Of a stretch of DNA of 60,966 nucleotides, positions 26,957 through 33,386 are shown piece by piece (within the stretch, counting starts at the first letter, position 1; the number at the start of each line of letters is the position of its first letter). Source of the stretch: Verrucomicrobiota bacterium (GTDB taxonomy: Bacteria; Verrucomicrobiota; Kiritimatiellia; JAAZAB01). A program made the position numbers and the translations under genes. The notes beneath the pieces are model-generated. The model did no database searches, was not told the DNA's origin, and saw nothing but the letters and a program-made list of their open reading frames with translations. The stretch is from contig JBDRJR010000051.1 in the NCBI GenBank assembly GCA_043814705.1, forward strand, positions 1 to 60,966, given 5' to 3'.

Positions 26957-27568
26957 ATGAAAACACAAATGACCCCAAAATTATTCAGCCTGGCCGCGGG
27001 TCTTTTTTTGCTCGCCGCCTGCACCACCACACAAACGCTTAATGAGTGGCGCAACACGGATGGCGCTGATACCCGCTTCGGTCATCTCATGGTAGCGGCG
27101 CTCTTCACGCAGGAGCAGACCCGCCGCATGTTCGAAGATGAATTCGCCTGGCAAATAAGCAACCTGGGGACGATGGTGACCCGCAGTTATAACCCGATAC
27201 CCGGCCTGGACGAACGCGCCAGCGGCCAGATCGCCACCATTGCGCAGGCCGTGGGCGCCGATGGCATCCTGGTGATCCGCATGGTCAACAGCAAACAGAA
27301 TGCTAAAACCACGGACGCCAATGCATTTCCCGTTCCCATGAATCTGTCGGGTTTTTTACAATACTCATGGAAGGATAATTATGATCCGCCGGATCTGATG
27401 ACGAATGCAGTCATGATTGTGGAATCCAGACTCTTTGATGCCAAAAACGAGAAGTTGGTCTGGTCGCTTGCCACGCAATCCCAAAACCAGTTCGGCTTGA
27501 AATGGGAAATAAATTTGCTGGCCAAACGGGTGCTGGGCAAAATTAAAGACACAATGCAAACTAACTGA
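26957..27568 (+). CDS. Lipoprotein, unknown function
   Basis: Lipobox LFLLAAC at the N-terminus (MKTQMTPKLFSLAAGLFLLAACTT). 203 aa. Confidence 0.65.
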   Translation: MKTQMTPKLFSLAAGLFLLAACTTTQTLNEWRNTDGADTRFGHLMVAALFTQEQTRRMFEDEFAWQISNLGTMVTRSYNPIPGLDERASGQIATIAQAVGADGILVIRMVNSKQNAKTTDANAFPVPMNLSGFLQYSWKDNYDPPDLMTNAVMIVESRLFDAKNEKLVWSLATQSQNQFGLKWEINLLAKRVLGKIKDTMQTN

Positions 27569-27599
27569 AGACACGTGGCACAATCATGGCTTCCGTGTG

Positions 27600-27609
27600 C
27601 CCCCCCCCC
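27600..27609. repeat. Poly(C)10 homopolymer tract
   Basis: Read directly. Intergenic, ~285 nt upstream of the PaaX-like ATG. Confidence 0.9.
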
Positions 27610-27660
27610 GTAATACTTGACGCCTTTAAATGCTTTTCCCCCGACATTCCTCGCGCATTA

Positions 27661-27688
27661 ACCCTAATATCCGTTCGTGCGGCCGTCA
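27661..27688. repeat. 28-bp direct repeat, upstream copy (flanks PaaX-like gene)
   Basis: ACCCTAATATCCGTTCGTGCGGCCGTCA; 25/28 identical to 28713-28740. Confidence 0.85.
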
Positions 27689-27892
27689 TGATAGAAATAA
27701 CATCAAAGTTACCGCCTCGTCGACAAATGATTTGGTTCAAAAGACCAGACTTTCCTCAAATTCACTTATATCATGCTATTTTCTGTATTGACGGCCGCAC
27801 AAACAGATGTAACATGGAAACAATGGCTGTGGTATGCAGATGCGAGCAAGTTAAAGGATGGTTGCACGAACAACTTGCAAGGAGGACGTGTT

Positions 27893-28702
27893 ATGTGGCA
27901 GTGGTTTGATCATCCGGGATTTAGCCTGCCGGTGGTCCGTCGTCGGCTGGGCGAGGAATTGATGGACCTCCTGCAAATGACGGCCGAACTGCTGGCAACT
28001 CAGGGCCGCTCCTTTATGTGGAACCGCTCCTTTCCCAGCACCCTGGCTTATGACGGAGCGCGGCGGCGATTGTACCAGGCCGGCTTGGTGGCCTATCGAC
28101 GCGAGAGTGGGAAAAACCCGGTATTGCGTTTAACCGCCAAAGGCGCGAACGCCAAAGATGATATTTTTCGTCCGGAACGCTGGTGGCAACGGCGCTGGCC
28201 GGGATGCTGGTATTTAATGGTCTATGATATTCCCGAGACACAACGGAGCTATCGGAATGTTTTAAGGCAGTTCTTGCGCCGACTGCGAATCGGGCGTTTG
28301 CAGGGGAGCGTTTGGATCACACCCCGCGATATCCGACCGGAATATGATGATCTGGTCAAGGCCGCGGGAATTGAATCTTATGCCTATCTCTTTGAAACGC
28401 GCACCGTATTGGGATTGTCCGCGGAGCAGGTGGTTCGCTCGGCTTGGCCCACGGATTTGCTGGAACAATGCCAGCGATGGTATTGCGATAACGCGCAACG
28501 AAATATGGATGCCTTGCGATTGAAACAATTGCCGCAAAAATCGTTGTGGGTTTGCGCCCGGGAAACAAACCGGGCATTTCGGGCCGTCATGGCGCTGGAT
28601 CCGTTGTTGCCTAAAGCCTTGTGGCCGGGCGGATACCGTGGGGCAGAGGTTATCGCCTGGCATCGGCGTCTGCTGGGGGAACTAGCCGGTCAGCTCGAAT
28701 GA
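27893..28702 (+). CDS. PaaX-family-like transcriptional regulator
   Basis: WWQRRWPGCWYLMVYDIPETQRSYRNVLRQFLRRLRIGRLQGSVWITP matches the PaaX middle-domain pattern (W-G-W..YDIPE..R..LR..L...G.L..S.WI.P). AAGGAGGA RBS before the ATG at 27893. Confidence 0.6.
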   Translation: MWQWFDHPGFSLPVVRRRLGEELMDLLQMTAELLATQGRSFMWNRSFPSTLAYDGARRRLYQAGLVAYRRESGKNPVLRLTAKGANAKDDIFRPERWWQRRWPGCWYLMVYDIPETQRSYRNVLRQFLRRLRIGRLQGSVWITPRDIRPEYDDLVKAAGIESYAYLFETRTVLGLSAEQVVRSAWPTDLLEQCQRWYCDNAQRNMDALRLKQLPQKSLWVCARETNRAFRAVMALDPLLPKALWPGGYRGAEVIAWHRRLLGELAGQLE

Positions 28703-28712
28703 ACGCCAAAAC

Positions 28713-28740
28713 AACCTAACATCCATTCGTGCGGCCGTCA
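28713..28740. repeat. 28-bp direct repeat, downstream copy
   Basis: AACCTAACATCCATTCGTGCGGCCGTCA followed by AAACAGATGT. The same AAACAGATGT follows the inverted core TGACGGCCGCAC at 27789-27810. Confidence 0.85.
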
Positions 28741-28801
28741 AAACAGATGTGAGAAACTAAAGACCGCCGTCATGGGCAAAGGCGATTTTTCAACTGAATC
28801 C

Positions 28802-30448
28802 TTAAGGCAGGACCCAGAGTTGGGGCGCCATCATGAAGGGCTCTTTGTAGGGCGAAGCCGTGACCGAGGGATTGGTTTCTAAAGTTTCTTTGGCGGACCA
28901 ATTGGTCCCATCGTGCCAGGAAAAGTCATAACGCTTCGGTTTGCTTTGATCATCAAAAAACAGCGCCAGGATCTTTCCGTCGCCGGTTCTCCTGGCCTGA
29001 ACCGTAGATGAGTCCTGAATCGTGCTGACACTGATTTCGGCATCCCAGGAAGAGTCGGAAGGATTCACAGAATGCCGTGAGCGGCCTCTCGCCGTATCGC
29101 TGTAGACCACCAGCGCATGGCCCGCGTGTCCGGAAATGGTTTCAAACTGTCCCTGAACAGGCCGATCAACAGCGGAGTTTGCCGAAGTCTCAAGCTCAGT
29201 AAATGGCCCCCAGGCTGATCCGTTCCAGAAGACTTTGCCGATATCAGAGTCATTATCAACATAGGTGAAGAGCAATTTATCCGAATGGGGGTCGTTCGCC
29301 AGAGTCCCGAAACGGAAGTAATCGCCAAGGGCATTATTCGTGCTTTGCGCGCTCCAGTTGGTCCCGTTCCAAGCACACCAATTAAATCTGCCTCGATTTT
29401 TAATACCGGAATTGTTCACGATAATTCCCTGGCCGCCGCTGGTTTCATATTCGACATCCATGGCTTCGTAGGCCACATTAACCGAGCGGCCGGTGCACAA
29501 CAACTCGTTTCCCCATGCATTACTGCCGTTCCAGACCTGCGCGGTATAGTTCCGGTTGGCATCTTGAACCATCACGACAATCTCATCGGAAACGGGATCC
29601 GAGGCGAGTTTAATCCACCGGGCAATTCCAGTCCTGGAAATATTAATTGTCCCGGGACCGGTCCACGCGGAGCCGTTCCAGACATAGTAGGTAGGATCGG
29701 CATCGCTATCAGAGGCCACGACCATGGCATCGCCGGAAAGGGTCTCGTAGGCGATATCCACGCCCCGGTTGGCGGCATTGGCATTTGTGGCTATTGTCTG
29801 GAGATTGCCCCAGCTTTCGCCGCGGTACACCTGGGCCTTGACCACCCGGCGGTCATCTATGGTAGCCGCAATGTATTCGTCTCTTTTCGGGCAGGCTTTG
29901 ACAACCACCCAGTTGATGTTTCGCGTTCCGACATTTACCGCATCCGACGGTGACGACCAATTCGTGCCGCCCCAGAATCTGTATTTGGGAGTACCGGGGG
30001 CGGTTCTGGTTCCGTAAACCAGTATGGCCCATCCATGCTGGCCGCCAAATTGACCGTCAAATGGCCGCCAATGCCACATACTGGTCCATTGCGCCTCATC
30101 TTTGGAACCAACGGACTTAATCACGCCATTTGTATCCAAAACCGCGACAAAGGAAGCCTGCCCTACTGCTCCCGTAATGGTAGTCAAATTAGAATTGGTT
30201 CTCCAGGTTGCATTGGTGGACATATAGGCGCGCGCGGCGCTGACACCGCTCTCGGCGGCGAAAAATGCCTGGCCCCAATTCAACGACTGAATACTTTCCA
30301 TTGATCCGGTCGAAACGAGCATTAGCATGCCGGCGCCCAGTAACCCCATAACCACAATCGCGGCGATGATCCCGATCAGGGTGAGGCCGGAACAGGCGTT
30401 CTTCGAACGCCGACACTGGAAACTGGAAACTGGAAATTTGGCCTTCAC
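28802..30448 (-). CDS. Pseudopilin-like (PilX/GspK position) protein with seven WxGxxW repeats, putative beta-propeller tip protein
   Basis: Hydrophobic N-terminal helix SGLTLIGIIAAIVVMGLLGAG, then 7 repeats of ~55-60 aa (WGGTNW, YRGESW, WNGSAW, WNGSNAW, WNGTNW, WNGSAW, HDGTNW). GTG start at 30448 is uncertain. Confidence 0.7.
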   Translation of the reverse strand: MKAKFPVSSFQCRRSKNACSGLTLIGIIAAIVVMGLLGAGMLMLVSTGSMESIQSLNWGQAFFAAESGVSAARAYMSTNATWRTNSNLTTITGAVGQASFVAVLDTNGVIKSVGSKDEAQWTSMWHWRPFDGQFGGQHGWAILVYGTRTAPGTPKYRFWGGTNWSSPSDAVNVGTRNINWVVVKACPKRDEYIAATIDDRRVVKAQVYRGESWGNLQTIATNANAANRGVDIAYETLSGDAMVVASDSDADPTYYVWNGSAWTGPGTINISRTGIARWIKLASDPVSDEIVVMVQDANRNYTAQVWNGSNAWGNELLCTGRSVNVAYEAMDVEYETSGGQGIIVNNSGIKNRGRFNWCAWNGTNWSAQSTNNALGDYFRFGTLANDPHSDKLLFTYVDNDSDIGKVFWNGSAWGPFTELETSANSAVDRPVQGQFETISGHAGHALVVYSDTARGRSRHSVNPSDSSWDAEISVSTIQDSSTVQARRTGDGKILALFFDDQSKPKRYDFSWHDGTNWSAKETLETNPSVTASPYKEPFMMAPQLWVLP

Positions 30449-30649
30449 GTTTTTGTACTGTTAATCTGATATCCTATAGTCATTTGGATTTTATTACTCC
30501 ATTTGTCAAAGTCATACCAGATCATATCCGACAAATCTTCCGATAGATTGTAAACATCCAACTCGTAGACCTCTTTCATGGCACGCTCCAATTTCCAGTT
30601 TCATTCCGCTCATCTTTCTTCCCGAATTTCAAGTTTCCAATTTCGAGTT
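30414..30649. repeat. Inverted GGAAACT/GAAATTT word-array arms enclosing the 4HB ORF remnant (IVS-like unit)
   Basis: Left arm 30414-30443 CACTGGAAACTGGAAACTGGAAATTTGGCC. Right arm 30586-30649 CTCCAATTTCCAGTTTC..GAATTTCAAGTTTCCAATTTCGAGTTT. Confidence 0.8.
30445..30579 (-). pseudogene. Truncated four-helix-bundle (23S rRNA intervening-sequence protein / Avd family-like) ORF, 44 codons
   Basis: My own translation (below the ORF-track cutoff): MKEVYELDVYNLSEDLSDMIWYDFDKWSNKIQMTIGYQINSTKT. It resembles the N-terminal third of that family as I recall it. Its TGA overlaps the GTG of the next gene. Confidence 0.4.
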
Positions 30650-31132
30650 TCACTTTAACAATCCCTCCCGCAGGAAGAAATTGACCTTTAATTCCGAGGC
30701 CGCCAGATTATTGGTCACGCGCAAGTCCAGGGCCACGCGGCGAATAAGGGCCAAGTTGGTCGTAGTCGTGTTCGTGGCATTATAATAATACAACTGGAAT
30801 GTTTGCACGTTCCTGGCCAAGGTGTTATTATTTAAAAATACGGTCTCTCCCAGCCTTTTGAATGAATTGGTGGCGCCTTCCGGCGTGGTAAAAGCCCATT
30901 CTGCGCTTGTGTTCGTGATGTTGGCCCGCCAAACACGCGCTTCGCGCCGCATGCGTTGCACGACTGCCATGGCATCGCTGTCGGCCTGGCGCTGCGCCAG
31001 CAGGAGCGTATATGTCCGGCCGGCATTGACAAGATAATCCATCGTAACCAGCGCAATAATCGCCATGATCACCATGGTTACCACCAGCTCGATCAGACTA
31101 AATGCAGAATTATGATGACATGCTTTTTTCAT
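30650..31132 (-). CDS. Minor pseudopilin, GspJ/PilW-like
   Basis: Prepilin N-terminus MKKACHHNSAFSLIELVVTMVIMAIIAL. 160 aa. Confidence 0.7.
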   Translation of the reverse strand: MKKACHHNSAFSLIELVVTMVIMAIIALVTMDYLVNAGRTYTLLLAQRQADSDAMAVVQRMRREARVWRANITNTSAEWAFTTPEGATNSFKRLGETVFLNNNTLARNVQTFQLYYYNATNTTTTNLALIRRVALDLRVTNNLAASELKVNFFLREGLLK

Positions 31133-31310
31133 GACATTAAATTAAGCTCGGCAGTTGCCGGGCAACTTTTAACTGTAGCCGCGATCGCAGATCGCGGATC
31201 CGGGGTCAACGCCCCCGGCTACAACCTCGGATAGCGCTGGGCAAACTTTAAAATTCCTTAGCATTAAATTCCTGCAACTGTCCGCCTGAAGCGGATCCGC
31301 TTTGGCGGAA

Positions 31311-31387
31311 AATGTTTCTGCATTCTGCATTCCGCGCTTCGCGTCCGCCATAGCCGCTACGGCGACGGCGGATTCATTCTGCATTTC
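31311..31387. repeat. 77-bp intercistronic repeat, copy 1 (after the pilV-like stop)
   Basis: AATGTTTCTGCATTCTGCATTCCGCGCTTCGCGTCCGCCATAGCCGCTACGGCGACGGCGGATTCATTCTGCATTTC. Confidence 0.95.
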
Positions 31388-31939
31388 TCAGTAATCCCGG
31401 CTCACCACCGACACATTGGAGACGGCCCACGCAAGATTACTGACCACCACTGTAATGCGCTTGAAATCATTCGTGTAATAATCCGGCAACGGGGGGGAAT
31501 TGAAATTCGTGGCGGGCACATTCACAACGATGACACGCCGGGTGAACCCGGCGCAATTCGGCAGGTTCGAGCCCTCTATGGTCTTTGGAGGCGTTTCGAA
31601 CCAGTTGTCATAATCATCCACATCATTATATAACCTGCGATTAGATTCGCCCGCCTCCGGGCCGAAATTAGTGGAATATTGAGGATTCGCATATTGTTTG
31701 GACCTGATTTCATTCATCAGATCCTCGCACAACAGATTGGCTGACAGGAGATATTGCTGTCTTTCCATGCTTTTCAGCGATTCATGGAAACCCATGATCA
31801 GGGCCAGGAGGGCAATGCCGACCAGGACAATGGTGATGAGCAATTCGATCAAAGTAAATGCAGAATGCAGAATGCAAAATGCAGAATTATTTCTGCAAAA
31901 TACGGCTTTTTCCACGGCAGAATGACACGCTTTTTTCAC
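31388..31939 (-). CDS. Minor pseudopilin, GspI/PilV-like
   Basis: GTG start. Leader MKKACHSAVEKAVFCRNNSAFCILHSA then FTLIELLITIVLVGIALL. 183 aa. Confidence 0.7.
   Translation of the reverse strand: MKKACHSAVEKAVFCRNNSAFCILHSAFTLIELLITIVLVGIALLALIMGFHESLKSMERQQYLLSANLLCEDLMNEIRSKQYANPQYSTNFGPEAGESNRRLYNDVDDYDNWFETPPKTIEGSNLPNCAGFTRRVIVVNVPATNFNSPPLPDYYTNDFKRITVVVSNLAWAVSNVSVVSRDY
31857..31888. repeat. GCAGAAT heptamer tract inside the pilV-like leader
   Basis: AATGCAGAATGCAGAATGCAAAATGCAGAATT; encodes NNSAFCILHSAF on the minus strand. Confidence 0.95.
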
Positions 31940-31961
31940 ATTATTGTATTCCTTAAACTGA

Positions 31962-32038
31962 AATGTTTCTGCATTCTACATTCCGCGCTTCGCGTCCGCC
32001 ATAGCCGTTGCAGCGACGGCGGATTCATTCTGCATTTC
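31962..32038. repeat. 77-bp intercistronic repeat, copy 2 (after the gspH-like stop)
   Basis: 73/77 identical to copy 1. Three of the four differences fall in the central GCCG..CGGC hairpin. Confidence 0.95.
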
Positions 32039-32641
32039 TTATTCAAGCCCAATATATCCGGTTTCACGCGCAATCGTCACGGTTAAGCCCGAATTAAATG
32101 CAATGCTTCCATTGGTCGTCAGCGGCGAATTTGTATTGTAGCAGGGGACACCGTTGGTTGCGCTGAAGTAAAGCGTATTGCCGGGAATATTACTCAAGGA
32201 AAAAACCACGCCTGAAAACCGCGCGCCCACATTCACCAGCCACGGAGATTGTGTAACCGGGCTCGCAACCGCCGTGTAGCCCCCCGGCGCATTCGTGTCG
32301 GAGATCGCCACCGCATATGAGTTCGAGGCGAAGATCACCTGCATGGTCCGTTCCCGATCCATGGCCATGTTGCGAATGTAGCGCAGGTTGACGCTAAGCT
32401 CATTGGCGGCCAACCGGGAGCGGGTCGAGGATAAGATCGTGTTTATTTTTTCGATTCCCCACACCGCCAGGATGCTGATGACAAGCAAAACGACAATCAG
32501 CTCAATCAGCGTAAAACCAATCTTATTAGTCGCAAGTCGCAGGTCGCAAGTCGCAGGTCGGAGATAAGAGGTCGAAGGTCGCAAGTCACAGGTCGCAAGT
32601 TCTGACCTTTGACTTTTGACGTTAGACTTGAGACGGTTCAT
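32039..32641 (-). CDS. Minor pseudopilin, GspH/FimT-like
   Basis: ..NKIGFTLIELIVVLLVISILAVWG preceded by an unusually long 39-aa repeat-encoded leader. ANELSVNLRYIRNMA region typical of GspH/FimT. Confidence 0.7.
   Translation of the reverse strand: MNRLKSNVKSQRSELATCDLRPSTSYLRPATCDLRLATNKIGFTLIELIVVLLVISILAVWGIEKINTILSSTRSRLAANELSVNLRYIRNMAMDRERTMQVIFASNSYAVAISDTNAPGGYTAVASPVTQSPWLVNVGARFSGVVFSLSNIPGNTLYFSATNGVPCYNTNSPLTTNGSIAFNSGLTVTIARETGYIGLE
32529..32600. repeat. GTCGCAAG/GTCGCAGG word array inside the gspH-like leader
   Basis: Encodes ..LATCDLRPSTSYLRPATCDLRLAT.. on the minus strand. Confidence 0.9.
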
Positions 32642-32648
32642 TCTGCAC

Positions 32649-33200
32649 TCACTTCACTCCGACGACCATCTGCTGGGCGCCGTTGCCCAGGACAACGTTA
32701 TTGGGATTCACCTTGAGAATGGTCCACTCACCGATGCGATCGCCTTCCTCGAGCATTTTGCCATTGATCATGGCGATCCGCTTGTTGGAACCCGGACGCG
32801 ATATAATGGCGGTGACTTTGAGCTTAATTTCGTTATTGCTCGTCAATTGTCCACCATCCGTCGTCCCGACTTCGTCCGGCAGTGCCGGACTACGGTAGGC
32901 AGGCTGTCGCCCGGCCTCCGCCGCGCTGAACGGATTGCGGCGCGGCAGTCGCGCCGCAATCTGTTGCTGTTCGGCCAGCACTTCAGGATCCAAAGCCGCA
33001 TCCGGCGCCTGGCTTTGAACCTGTTCGCCGGCTGAGGGAGACACTGGTTGGGCGGGGAGGGCTGGGGCAATGGTGGACGGCGGAGGCGGCGCGCTTTTTT
33101 TCCCTACCTTGAAGACATTGACTACCAAGAGATAAATCAGGACAAGTCCCAAAACAATGGCCAGCACCCAGGCGATTTTATCTCGTTGTTTTTGGTCCAT
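32649..33200 (-). CDS. GspB/PilP-like inner-membrane-anchored pilus assembly protein
   Basis: ATG at 33200 (AGGAG RBS). Single TM, Pro-rich linker. C-terminal IKLKVTAIISRPGSNKRIAMINGKMLEEGDRIGEWTILKVNPNNVVL resembles the GspB/PilP/GspC-HR beta domain. Confidence 0.55.
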   Translation of the reverse strand: MDQKQRDKIAWVLAIVLGLVLIYLLVVNVFKVGKKSAPPPPSTIAPALPAQPVSPSAGEQVQSQAPDAALDPEVLAEQQQIAARLPRRNPFSAAEAGRQPAYRSPALPDEVGTTDGGQLTSNNEIKLKVTAIISRPGSNKRIAMINGKMLEEGDRIGEWTILKVNPNNVVLGNGAQQMVVGVK

Positions 33201-33242
33201 AGCTACTCCTGCACCCTGACGCATAGGAATTTCAAGGTTATT

Positions 33243-33337
33243 CCCTCTCCCTTGGGAGAGGGTTAGTGTGAGGGCTTCCTGGTGGCTACCCCTCACCCGA
33301 TCCCGCAACGCGGGATCGACCTCTCCCGAGGGAGAGG
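33243..33337. repeat. Four consecutive short hairpins (gspB-like/pilO-like spacer)
   Basis: CCCTCTCCC-ttg-GGAGAGGG; GTGAGGG-n14-CCCTCAC; GATCCCGC-aac-GCGGGATC; CCTCTCCC-gag-GGAGAGG. The last unit recurs at 46345-46366. Confidence 0.85.
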
Positions 33338-33386
33338 TAAAATAGTTGCCGACCCAATTCAATGTCTGTGTCAATCAGCCAAGCGA

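Noticed and set aside
27586-27909. 107-aa ORF upstream of and overlapping the PaaX-like gene, and the 27773 start of the long ORF.
   Set aside because: No RBS or motifs. It spans the poly(C) tract and repeat sites. The ATG at 27893 with an AAGGAGGA RBS explains the coding signal.
31169-31384. ORFs whose products are MQNAECRMQN.., SAFCILHSAF.. and similar (31169-31384, 2298-2525, 420-668, 463-1164, 31698-32086, 39054-39452, 45036-45329).
   Set aside because: They are read-throughs of the ATTCTGC heptamer tracts and neighbouring repeats in arbitrary frames, with no independent coding evidence.
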